Assembly (NCBI GenBank): GCA_001643675.2
Contig: LSRY02000045.1
Location: 372,001 to 436,000, forward strand
DNA: 64,000 nucleotides
DNA from: Monocercomonoides exilis PA203
Taxonomy: Eukaryota > Protista > Preaxostyla
Direction of reading: 5' to 3'
In this document: in pieces, positions 25,870 through 37,937 of the stretch
Numbering within the stretch: position 1 is the first letter of the stretch
Layout of the letters: every line of letters starts with the position of its first letter
The notes under the pieces: generated by a model
Seen by the model: only the letters and a program-made list of their open reading frames with translations
What the model was told of the DNA's origin: nothing
Database searches by the model: none
Translations under genes and position numbers: made by a program

Positions 25870-26378
25870 TATATATAAAAAGAAAATAGAAATAGAAACG
25901 AAAAGAAATTTTAGAAAAAAAAATGTATGATGATTGAGTCCAATGACGAAACAAGTGATGATGAAAATACAAAGAAGAATTGAAGAATTATCTTATGATG
26001 ATATCGCTTTTTTTCGTAAAATTTGTTTTTTGAAGTTTGATAAATCCAAAAAATATGCATTTTATCTTTTTGAAATTAAAAAGGATTGATTCTTTTGTTT
26101 TAATTCCATTAATTTTATCATCTCATCAGATGCAATTTATCATAAGAACATTTTCACAATCAATGGCTCTTGTGGAAAAAGGAAAATGAAAATAGAAACA
26201 AACGTTAACAATTGTTGATGGTAATCTGTCAAAATTGAGATGGATGAAACAAGTTTATCGTTAGGGAAAAAACCCGCACAGAAGACGAAACTTGTGCACA
26301 TGGGCTCATATTTTTTTTTCACCGTAACCATCATCGAAATTACAATTGGACTGTTTTATTCATTTTCCATTTGGCATG

Positions 26379-26620
26379 TGTCTAAATATTTTTGATAAGT
26401 TCATTTTGTTTTATTTTCAAATAGAATATAAATTTTATTATTCGATCAATTTTCTGTTCCCACTCACCAAATATCGCTGTCAAGAAAATAATAACATTGC
26501 AATGATTTTGCTTTCATGACAGCGAAATTTGGTGAGTGGGAACAGTAAATTGATCGAATTATAAAATTTATATTCTATTTGAAAATAAAACAAAAGGAAC
26601 TTATCTAAAAAAATTAGCCA
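26379..26620. mobile_element. Palindromic MITE/hairpin, ~105-110-bp arms
   Basis: GATAAGTTCATTTTGTTTTATTTTCAAATAGAATATAAATTTTAT...CTGTTCCCACTCACCAAAT..CGCTGTCA mirrored by TGACAGCG..ATTTGGTGAGTGGGAACAG...ATAAAATTTATATTCTATTTGAAAATAAAACAAAAGGAACTTATC. Confidence 0.85.
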
Positions 26621-26852
26621 AGAATATTAATAATTCTTCTTCATGTCCATTTTTCAAAAAAAAAAAAATAAAAATAAATTAGTGTATTTATTTCCTTATA
26701 ATGTAAATTCGAAGAGTATCAAATCAAAAAATTAATGGATGTTAAAACTATCGTTTTCATAATTGTTAATTGAAAGATTGAAACATGATCATCACATATG
26801 AAATTGTGTCTTCTTTTTTTACAGAAATTATGTGAAATTGAATTTAATAATA

Positions 26853-27108
26853 TGAGTGGTTATTTTTGAAATCATAACTTTTTTCGGAGTATTTGTTTTT
26901 CGAAGGTTGGTTGTCATTGGAAAAAGATTTTATGTTCAAATAAATATTTATTTCAACTGTTTTCAAAATAAATGTGATTGTTAAAATAAAGATGAGGATG
27001 GTTTTAACAAGCCTTTTCATTTTTCAGTGTTCATTTGTTGATTCTCAAGGAAAATTTTCGAACCGAAATTTTTGAAAAGAAAAATATTTCATCAAAAATA
27101 ATAACCCA
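26853..27108 (+). mobile_element. MITE family 3, copy 2
   Basis: Diverged direct repeat of 25611-25869; TA flanks. Confidence 0.78.
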
Positions 27109-27325
27109 TATAATAACGAAGTGTTAAACAAGGCCTTTAAGACAAGCCGACTGATAAAAATGGCTTCGACAAGTCGACCGACAGGAAATTCATTTTTTTA
27201 TTGATAAGATATTTTTTTTCATTCACAATTTATAAATAATTTTTCTTTTATTTGTTGTATTTTGTTTCTAATATTTTGTTAAGAATTATTCATATTTATT
27301 TTTATTTAAAATATTAATAATGATG

Positions 27326-27506
27326 TGGGACAAAATTTTTTGCATTAAGAATTTAGTTCCATTCTTCTCTAACAAATATTTTTCTCAGTTTAAGAATTTT
27401 TCAGTATTTTTTTGACATAGGAATGCAAGATTTCTCAAAAAAAGGTTGTGGAAATAGTTTGGAACAAATCGTTGTTTTTTTTCATAATTGCAAAAATTTT
27501 GCCCCA
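27326..27506 (+). mobile_element. MITE family 1 nested in hAT 5' end
   Basis: TIR TGGGACAAAATTTTTTGCA / TGCAAAAATTTTGCCCCA; TG/TG flanks; homolog of 6288-6466. Confidence 0.78.
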
Positions 27507-27615
27507 TGTATTTAATGGGTTTTCGACAGATCAATTCGACAAAGATCTGTTCAGATCTGTCTGGATCATTCGGATCTCAAAATCTGTCGTGTTGTGTCGA
27601 TAATAAATGTCCGAA

Positions 27616-30600
27616 ATGGATGATGGTTTCATTTTTGAATTACCAGCTGAATTAAGAAGCTGCTTATCTATTCCACAAATAGTTTGTTAAACATTGATCA
27701 TCTTTTGAATTCTTAAAAATTTTTAATATTCATGTATTCATGCAATGCAAAAAGCGTTTCCAGATAAAATTTCTGAATTAAAAGAAAAAGGATGTTCATT
27801 TGTCACTTTTTTATGTGCAATATTAACAAATAACGGAAAATGTTTGTTTTTTTAATTTTATTCTGGATCTTAAATACAATGATAAAATATGCATAATTTT
27901 TAAAATTATCTTCACCTCAACAACACAAAAGAAGAAATTGATAAAACACATTTTGAAGTCAACAACAATACCCTCTGGATTGCGTACACGCCAGTTTTGC
28001 CTGATGGATCATTGAAAAAAGATGGACATATTTTCCATCTGTGTCCAAATAGTGAACACGGAAGTTACTGTTGATTTTCTGGAAGAAAAAACACTGATCG
28101 TGTAAGAAGTCATTCACACTTTTTAACAAAAGGATTTCCAATGTTATCTTTTCTAAGTCCTCAGTCTTCTGTTAAAATTTAATCAAAATCCAAAAAAAGT
28201 CCAAAAGATTTTCAATTCCGATTTTTGCATTCTTATTAAACAATTCCTTTATCTTATAAACCATTGCAATATTGCTTTTTTATCTGCTTATTCTTCTGAA
28301 TAAAACACATTCATTTCAACGTTAATTCGACTTTCTCAACAAAACCCTTCTTTATCTTCAGAAACAATTTATCCATCTTTAACCAGAAGGAAACTTTCGC
28401 TGCTCATTAAAGACGAAAACTTGAGAAAAGCTAAAGAACGAAATGAAGCTATCAACAACACAATGGCCTGTTCCATGATGGACGGAGGAGTTATTGCTGG
28501 AAAAAGTTAACAATTGTGACGGTTGTTCACTTGAATGAAAATGGAAAGCCAGTTTTTTGGAGCCTGAACAATGCATGTTTTACAGTTGCAGATTACACAA
28601 AATTTGATCACACAATCATGAAAGAAGTGTCATATGCGAATGGGGAGGTTCGTTGTTTTTGTCCAGATGGATTGAAATCACAAATGCAAGCGTTACAAAA
28701 TCTCACAAATGATGCGACTGTTTGTGAAACTCTGCTAAATGAATTACAAACTCCACCATTTTTTATTTACTGCACAAATCATTTAGTCAATCTGATTATT
28801 TCCCATTTATTATCCGAAAACAAATTCTTGAGACAGCTAAAAGAGACCATTATAACGATATCCAAAGACTACAGGAAAACATCAACGAAAAAACCAACAA
28901 ATCCCAAATGCTCTTTCTTTGTCAAAACAAGGTTGCTCTGTTTATATTGCATTTGTTATTTTTTTTTTTTTTTGTTTTTTTGTTTTTTTTTTTTAATGTT
29001 AAATACAAACATCCATCAATTTCTGAGTTTTTTGGAAATATTTCTATTTTTGATGTGATCAGATGTGGAATATTACTGTTTCCTTTAAGAGAACTGCAAC
29101 TATTGCTCGAGAACGATGCCACAAAACTGGGATCTGTTTTTCCTCTAATACTTAAAGCGTTTGCTTATTATTTTTGTTTGATTTATCTTGATTATTTTTC
29201 TGATGAGAATCGGCAAGTTTGTATTTGCCATTCGATGATTTTATTACATAATTATTTCCTTGCTGGAGAACGAGGTGACAAATTCGCGTTGGCTTTTTCT
29301 TTAACACCAATGGGAGTGAGACTTTTCCATAAAAGTTCATTTGTGATCTCCTTTTCATCAAAGCAAAATTCTCTTAAAGATGAATTCACACAATTCATCA
29401 AATCATCAGAAAAATTTTTATCTTTTTCATCAACACATACTGCTGTCAATACTCTTCAGACACATTCACGAATAACGCTCAAATCATTTCTCAACTTTTC
29501 TTCTTTAACATCATCGATAATACCTGTAACAATTTCAACTATTTCTTATGTTCAACAAGAGAATATGGAAATTCCTTCGAGTCAAAATACTGCAAAGGAT
29601 TATTGTGCAAACAGTATTCTTGTATCCAATCAACAATCACAGAATTTTTCGATATTTTTAAAACCAGAATTTTTTTCCATTACAACAGATAAATTTTGGG
29701 TTTCCTTTTTTTGTGAATGCATTTCATTATTCGCTTCAACAACTTGAAACGAAAATAGAAAAAAAGGAAAAAGAATCTGCATCTGTTTCATCTGCACAAA
29801 CACAGGTGCTGGATAATGCACAGTCATTTTTTTTCATCTTCAAGAACTTTAGAGAACAACGATATAATTTTCAAATTGATCAAGCATTTAATAAATTATT
29901 TATCAATAAAATGATTCAAGCGATGAGATAAATGATAATTTACAGGTACAGCTAATTTTTGAAACATTAGAGCCCACTCATTACAATATTGAAAATGGAG
30001 ATGATGAGTTTAATGAAGATCCAGAATTAACAACCATTCAAAAAGAACAGTATGTTCATAACACAAGAAACTCTTGTGGATCTCTTGAAAGCCAACAATC
30101 TTCCGATTGCGATGCATCAAACGAAGAAAATTCAAGTGTTTTCAATCATTCTCACAATGAAAATAGCGTTGACGAACTGTTTTAACTTGGATCAAGCAGA
30201 CAACTTCCAACAAATGATTTTGAAAATTCAGATGAAAGGACAAAAGTTTTATCAACAATTCTCGAAGCAATTTCAAGTGATTGGTTGCCTCGAATCAAAA
30301 GCGGATTCTGCGATTACGCAAATTCTGTTCTTTCCAACATGAACTCAGAAAAAAGAGAGCAGATAATTTTTTTGCATTCTTCAAATTTTATATGTTATAA
30401 TCGAACTGTTTTTCAAAACAAATGGGTGGTTTATTACTAGGAAATTGCAGAGTATGGATGTTGACTCAACATTAATGCCAATTTGTCATATGCATTGATC
30501 ACATTGCCTTACAGTGAGGCATCTTGCGAGCTCCTTTTTTCAACGCAAAAATGAATTTGTGGTGATCGAAGACATTCTTTTTCTTTGGAATCGTTAATTT

Positions 30601-30617
30601 CTCTTCTTTTGTTATAA
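27616..30617 (+). pseudogene. Degenerate hAT transposase
   Basis: MMDGG (first D), FCPDG (second D), YCTNHLVNL (CxxH motif), C-terminal PYSEASCELLFS..ICGDRRHSFS dimerisation/catalytic-E region; multiple stops and frameshifts. Confidence 0.82.
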
Positions 30618-31519
30618 GCAATTAACTGATTATTTTCAATGAAGATCATGCATTGTATCTGAACTGGTTTGGAATGATTTATAATTTTCTATATATATCT
30701 GTTTTATTTATTCTTTGTTTTGTGTGAGATTTGCTAAGGATTTGTTGTGACTTAAAAATTTTGTTAATTTCACATTTTTCAACTTTTCATAAATTTCCTT
30801 GAAATGTGGTGAAGACAAACAAGTGCACAAGATTGATAAAAAAAACAAACATCAATAATTGTTATTTATCAATATTTAATTAATATATTTATCAAATTTT
30901 TATTCTTTCATGAATATTTAGAGGTTCCATGAACGATTCATCTTTGAATTATTATTCTTTTGACACAGAATAAATTGAAAGAACATGGGTATAGCAAATT
31001 TGTTATTGTTTTGATATATGCGGTGATTAATTTCAGTTATTTCATGAAAGACAAAAACAAATCAAGTTCATTCTTCACATATTTCTTTTCGCAATTATTG
31101 GAAATAACAATATTTTGCATTAAAACATTCATAATCAGCATTAACGTTAACAAATCAGTTGCATACGCTTATCTGTTTCACTTATTCGTGTTTTTGTTGA
31201 TTTTCTAATAAATTTTTTCAATTTTCATCCATCATTCCGTTTTCTTATGAAGTTTTTTAAAACAGTTGTTTCAACAAGTGACATTATTCACATTGATTAA
31301 AGTTAATGTTTTTTTTAAAGAAAATGTCAACCTTGTCGTTCATTTTCCATTTCAAAATCTTTAGATTGTTTGAATATAAAAAAGTTATTCCAAATATTTT
31401 TGAGAATTTCATGTTCATTTATTAAAATGAATTCGTTATCATTTTTTCCTGCATTATTTTACTCAACGACTATTCATTCCAATCTTCTGCCCTTCGAATG
31501 CCACTCTTTTATCATTTCA

Positions 31520-32616
31520 CATTACTCCTGCCGAATATTTCCTCTTGATCGAAACACATGTCTTAATTGTCTTTTCCAACTTGCTTCTCTCCACCATTTT
31601 TCTTCCTCTGCACCTTCTCCACTCTGCCAGTCAACATCTGCTTCGATATCTTCTTCATCATCTTTTTCTCCACTTCCTTTATCATCGTCTTTTGAAAACA
31701 ATTGTTGGTTGAACTCATCTTCTGAATCTTCCTTCACGTACCATCGCTCCTCCATTTTGTTAGCTCCATTTTCTATCCGTTTCTGCGAATTAGTTGACTT
31801 ATACATCAGGCGCAAATATAAAAAATAATTGATATTGTTTTCCCACGTGTTCATTAACTCACACTTCATCTTCCTTGATATCTTGTATGTTGTCAACTTC
31901 TTCTCCTTCTTCTCCTTCATCGTCATCGTCATTGTCATCATCATCATCATCTTCTTCTTCTTCTTCTTCTTATTCTTATTCTTCATATTCCTCTTCATAT
32001 ATGATCTCGAATTCGAGTAGATGTGATTGTGATTGCAATTGTTTATCAGCCAGCTAGCCATCTGCATTGCAGTTGTTTCTGTCTGGTAGCACACAGTTTG
32101 AGAGTGTCTCCCGCACGCCGATGCTGTCGAAGATTCCCTTTGGAAGTGCTTGTGAAGGATCTGATTGCTCTTGTGTGCAGATGCCTTCTCCGCCTCCACA
32201 TCCTTCAGACACGCTGCCTTTTCCTCCTCTTCCACCTCTTCCATCAACCCTCCATCAACCTCCTCCACCACCTGCAATGAATTCATGCATGATGAGGCAT
32301 CCACTCAGAGGAACAGATTGTTCTGAGACACGTCAATTTTCTTCTTCTTCTTCCGCAACAATTAAATCTGCAGATTGTTCTGCTATTTCGAGAGAGAATT
32401 CGCTTTCTTCACCAAATACACACCACGCAAACATCCCTTCATTCGCTGTTTCATCTTCATCTGTCACAATCCTTCCACCATCTGCCGGAACTTCCTCGTC
32501 TCCTCAATCTGAAAAATCTTCTTCTCTCTCACCTTCTTCGCATTCTTCTTCTTCGTTGCGTTCACCTCCACCTCCTTTTCCTTCTCCTCCTCCTCCAACT
32601 CCTTCTTCTTCTTCTT

Positions 32617-32647
<31 letters not shown>

Positions 32648-33030
32648 TTTTTATTCTTCTTCAACAAAAAGCCTGAATGAGTTCCAGATACATCCGTAGC
32701 GTATGTCCCCTCGCCACATTCACCGTTGCTCCTCTTCTGTAAACTTATCCAATCATTCTCCTCTCCTCAGCTCTGAATCATATCTCTCTCATTCTTCCAC
32801 TTCAGTAACTCCATTAATGCCATCTTCTTCTTTTTCTTCTTCTTCCTCTTCCTCTTCTTCTTCTTCTTCTCCTCCTCCTCCTCCTCCTCCTCCTCTTCCT
32901 CTTCTCCAAACTCAAACACACTTCTCTCTACACCTTCACCTTCTTCTTCTTCCACTCTTTTTCTTTTTCTTTTTCTTCTTCCTCTTCCCCCTCTTCCTTT
33001 TCCTCTTCTTCTTCTTCTTCTTCTCCTGTT
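31520..33030 (-). pseudogene. Acidic low-complexity host gene fragment (cargo), product unknown
   Basis: Broken Glu/Asp-rich reading frames (31522-32304, 32767-32955) with GAA/GAT repeats. Confidence 0.4.
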
Positions 33031-33559
33031 GATGTTCTATCATTCTCTCAGATTCCAATGTTTTCATCAATTCCTTTATCAATCAACCATTCTTCTTCTT
33101 CTTCCTCTTCCTCTTATTCCTAAACAGAAGATACCTCAACACAACAGCCACACACTTATTCGCCCACATAGCATTCATTTTTTTTCCTTCTCTTCTCTCC
33201 CCAGCCAACCAACAGCTCGAAAATGCAGCTGCTTTTTGACTAGAGGCTTTCTCTCCATCCATCTGGTAGTTGCCGCTTGGCATTTGGATGTGATCTCCAC
33301 ACTCACCAATGTGTCTGATATAAAAGCAGAGTTGAATTCAAACAAGGAAAAAGTGTCAGTTTCTTCTAATTCATCTTATCATCATCTTCTTCGTAATCTT
33401 CATTTTTTTTTAACTTCTTTTAATGAATCAGCTGAGATTTGTCTATAAGAGTCATAGAATTCACCTAATGTAGATAAAATGCTTTCACTCTGGTGTTTAC
33501 AAAATTACAAACAGTATGCAAATAAATGGAAACGATGAATGTGGAGAATAGACCACGAA

Positions 33560-34900
33560 GCTGAATTGCATGAAAACCAGAGGAATATGCATGGTTGTTC
33601 CATTTTCCAACTGACTAATTGATCGCATTCAACAAATAAAAATCCTCCAATCGAAAAACCAAGATTTGAGCAGCTCGAAATAGAGATACTCTTTTTTGCT
33701 GCAGAAGAAAGCAATGAAAAATGGAAAGGGAGAAGTTGAAGTATTTTGAGTTTTTTAGCGATAAATCAGATTGACAGGATGTTGGACTTTGCGTTCATGC
33801 CAGATGTGGAGAAAATCATGTTATTTGATCTTGTATCACTTCAGGAAGCTTCAAATGGAGACAATAAAGATAGAGAAGGTGAAAGTGAACATGAAAGAAC
33901 ATTCTTTGTATGGTCCAATTCAGCACAATATTCACCTCCACCTGTTTCCTTTCCATCTTCATCTCCAATTCACCTCAAGTTTTCTTCTTCCAACTCCTCT
34001 GCATCAACAAAACTCAACTTCTTCCTCTATTGAACTCTCCGCTGAGCATTTTGGCACAAAGATCCTTTTGTTCTTTGACAAGTTGCCACAGTGGTTCAAT
34101 CATCGAAGAAGACACTTTCTACAAACAAAAACCAAATACAGTGTGGACTGATCTCGTTGGATCGGATATGTTAGCCATTTCATTGTGTGTGAAGCACAAT
34201 GTGATGAAGACCTCACAAAAAAAGGAGAGCGATATTATCTTAAACCGTCAGAAGACCTTTGGAGGAATCCACAGATGACTGATCATGCTATGCGACCAGA
34301 ATGCTGATGCGATCGTACTGAACGTATGTGCACACTTGAATTCTTTCTACTGTAAGCCGTTGCATGATAGCATTGTCCATAGGTGGAAAGAACAGATGCT
34401 GCGGCCATTCATGATGAGAAACATTGCTATGCTGATTGCCACTGATATTGCAGAGTGAAAAATTGATGTTCTGCAAGTGGGTCTGATTATTGAAACGAAT
34501 GCACAGATTGTCACTCAGAATAACTTGCAACGTTCGGGAAGAACAGAGATGTGTGGACAAGAATATGCATTCATTGCGCTGAACAAACTGATTGAAGAGT
34601 TTCACATGGTGATGGTGGAACTGAAGAGAGCGGTTTGGTTCGAACACATTTCGGAGCATTCGATCACACGGCTGATGAGAGCTGAGTGAAAAGCTGCAAC
34701 AGAGCAGATAGAAGCTGTTTCTGGATCGGTGGTGACGTTCTTCAAGTCTGTTGGGCTGTTGCTGGTGAAGAACTTTGAGGAGGCGATGCAGGATGTGTGA
34801 ACTGTGCAGAGTGAATGCGAGAAATTGATTGAAGATGAAAAAATGAAGAAACAGAAGAATGATAAGATCAAAAGAAAAGTTAAAGTACAGGAAAGAAGAG
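33560..34900 (+). pseudogene. DEAD-box RNA helicase pseudogene fragment (cargo)
   Basis: SFLAINQIDRMLDFAFMPDVEKI (decayed motif II, LVLDEADRMLDMGF-like) at 33746; LIATDIAE*KIDV (motif V) ~34430; LQRSGRT (motif VI) ~34525; in-frame stops. Confidence 0.8.
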
Positions 34901-35300
34901 GAGTGGTAAATATTTGCATTAATCAAAAAATCAAACATTTGAAAATGTAGCTTTGAAAAATTGATTCAACGACAAATAGACATAATTAATTAATGTTTTT
35001 TTATATGTTAATTTCATATTTTTCATCCAGAATCAGAAATATAGATAAAAAAAAATTTCAATAATAACAGGAGCAAACATAGAAAATAAATAAGGTGAAG
35101 TGCATAAAAAACATATATAAATCAATACAAAAGTTCAGATCAACTAAATTTTTATTTTAAATATATTATTAAAATAGATGAAACATATGTAAAATATGAG
35201 AACAAAAATGAGTAACTTCAAAAATAAGAGAAACAATGATAAGAAATGAAAAACATGGAATGTTGAAATGTTTGTCATGAAATATAAAAAAAAACAAAAT

Positions 35301-36010
35301 TCACAAACGAATATTTTCTAAAAACAAAAAAATATCTTCTATTAAGAACTTTATCCACAACATCCCAATTGAGAATACTTCCGATTCCTTTGACTCCCCC
35401 ATATTCTTGTTGATCAGCAGCGCGGGCGCCTTCCACCTCAGGCATTCTTTTTTGTAATAATCTTCATCTTCAAAGGCAGAAGAAGGCAGAGAATCATCAT
35501 CGTCGTCGTCGCTTGTAGAAGTCACAACTGTTGATGATGAGATGGATAATGATGAATCATCAGACAAGAAGTCTGAATGCATGACAACGCAGATCACCAT
35601 GTGCTCAGAGAACAACACAATATGAGGACTCAGATTGGCAAGAGATTGAAGAGGATTTTCCATTTCATCAAATGAGTAGAAAGCTCCATTTGCCACACAG
35701 AACAGGATATGAGCTGCTGTCTGCTCCCTCTCCTGCAGAGTGCAAATTGCCATCTCTTTCTTCTCGTTCATCCCATGTTGCAGCATGAACAACGAATCCT
35801 TTGAGTAAGCAATCAGTTTTTCATGAGGAGACGAGCAATCCTTTGTATATACAAAGATCGAAATGGATGAGAAAGAGGGTACAAATCTTCTTCTTTACAA
35901 AAGTTGTTTCTGTGTCAGCCGAGAAAATTGAAGGTGATAGTGTTTGCTTTCTTGTCTCTTCTTCCTCAACTTCCTCCAATGCCCATTCAGCGACTTTGTG
36001 TGGATATTTT
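35301..36010 (-). pseudogene. Cytoplasmic pseudokinase fragment of the beta-helix receptor family (cargo)
   Basis: NLSPHIVLFSEHMVIC..DDDSLPSSAFEDED..KKECLRWKAP, closely similar to 18900-19300. Confidence 0.88.
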
Positions 36011-36347
36011 CTCTAAATGTGTATTGTCGATCACTCTCTAATTACAAACATTCCACGAATCCAAAAAAAACATCTTTTTTCTTCAAAATTTTGTTGTTAT
36101 CTTTTCTTCAAATTTCCTTTTCTGCTTTTTCACTATTCTCCTTCACTGCTCATTTTGTGACATCGATATAAGTTTTCATTTCATTTTATTCCTAAACAGT
36201 CACTTCTTTTTCTCATTTATCTGTTGTTCTTTGTTTGCATAAAGCAATCTCAAACTATAAAGAAAACTGATTGGCGTTCAAAATAAAACATTCTAAATGA
36301 AGATTAACAAACTGTAAATGATTTAATTCACGACTTTTTATATATCG

Positions 36348-36384
<37 letters not shown>

Positions 36385-36404
36385 AAAAAAAAAAAAAAAA
36401 AAAA
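36348..36404 (+). repeat. Poly(A) tract (~57 nt)
   Basis: Direct reading; one T interruption. Confidence 0.9.
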
Positions 36405-37096
36405 CAGAAAACACAGTTGTTGGAACCGAAAACAACCATCTTTTGTGTGATTAATATATGTATATATTAGTTTTTCATCTTATTCATTCAAAAAGAAGAT
36501 TGACTGAATTTGTATTTGCTTGAAAAAACAACAAAACATCCAGAAAAAATTTGATCAATCCCATTTAAATTTTTAAATTCAAAAAGAAATATGGGAATTT
36601 TTTTTAAAAAATATTTATTTTTATTCCTGAATACACAAAATATAAAGTGAAGTTTGTTAATTTGAAATTTTTCAGAAGAAAATATTTATTTGAAAAAATT
36701 TTAACTCATAAATTGATTCCGACACAAGTCGACTTAAACGACAGACACAAACGAAAAATTTTTCTGTGTCACAAAGGCCTATGTTAAACAATGAAAAATA
36801 AACAAAAAATACATAAAAAAGATAAGTTTAATAGCAACAACAATACTTAGAACACTCAAAACAAAAAGCTCGGTGAAATATGAGCAAGTTTTTGATCTTT
36901 AAAACAAAACGAAAAAACTCAGGATTTGTCTTCAAAAATGAATAAATAAAAAAATATTTCCTGGAACAGTATACAATAATATTTTGAAGGTTTTCTATTA
37001 TTTAATTTTTTTTTTTCAAAAATACTCTTGAGAATCAGAAAATTTAGGTCCCGTTTTAAAAAAGGGGGGGGAAATGATAAATAACTCATCCTGACT

Positions 37097-37362
37097 TGGG
37101 GAAGAATATTTTCCTTCAGGCATTTTCATTGAAATATTATGCACTTTTCATTAACTTTTTGAGAACAAAAAACACAATAAAAACACGTCGATTTATTGAA
37201 ATTCGTAAAATGACACAACAATTTTTGATTTGATTTCAACGATGCCTGTTTAAGGATATGAAAATCAAATTTATTTTGAAATCTGAGAATGCCAAAGTTA
37301 TTAGTGAAACAATTTTTTTGTGCTTTGTGCATAAAAAGCTTGAAAGTCCGTATTTTGCCCCA
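37097..37362 (-). mobile_element. MITE family 2, inverted copy
   Basis: Reverse complement of 23129-23398 (shared TTCAGGCATTTTCATTGAAA, AAAATCAAATTTATTTTGAAATCTGAG, TGCTTTGTGC); CT/CT flanks. Confidence 0.8.
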
Positions 37363-37937
37363 CTAAAAAAATATTTTGCAATTATAAGCTTCTTTTTCGA
37401 TTTCGAATTAAAAATTTTCAACTTAGAATTAAAGTATTGATGCATTTTAAAAATATAGAAATAGTTGAAAATAAAAATGTATTACCAAAAGTCGATTGAC
37501 ACATGAGATAAATGCAAGTTATCTCAAATTCGATTTTTAAAAAAATTAGTTAAATAAAAACAAAAATCACCAAATGATTCACTTTTCTGTTTCTGCAGAA
37601 CAAAGCAGAATGTGAAGCAAGCAGCACACCAATAAAGTGAAAAAAATAAAATAAATAGGAGCGGGATACGCTAAACAGCTGCCCCCAGATAACAGACAAT
37701 TCAGCGATGGCAAAACGCCGAGGTTCGTTGCCCAGACCATTGAAGGGCATCTGCCAAAGCTCGTCACATGTTTTCTCTGCCTCCTCCTCTCTTTGTTATT
37801 CTCTCTTGGCGATGATGCTGGGGAAAAATGAAATGAATCAATATTTTTTTTTTTTTTTTAAAGAGCAGTCGACGAAGATCCTCTGTGTTTTTATGCGATG
37901 CAAAATATTAAGTTGAGAAAGTTCCATTTGTTTTTTT

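Larger units (their letters stand above)
27130..36781 (+). mobile_element. 9.65-kb hAT transposon carrying host-gene cargo
   Basis: 8-bp TSD TGTTAAAC (27122-27129; 36782-36789); TIR aAGGCCTTTaaGACA / TGTCacAAAGGCCTA; CGACA-type subterminal repeats at both ends; internal hAT transposase relic. Confidence 0.82.
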
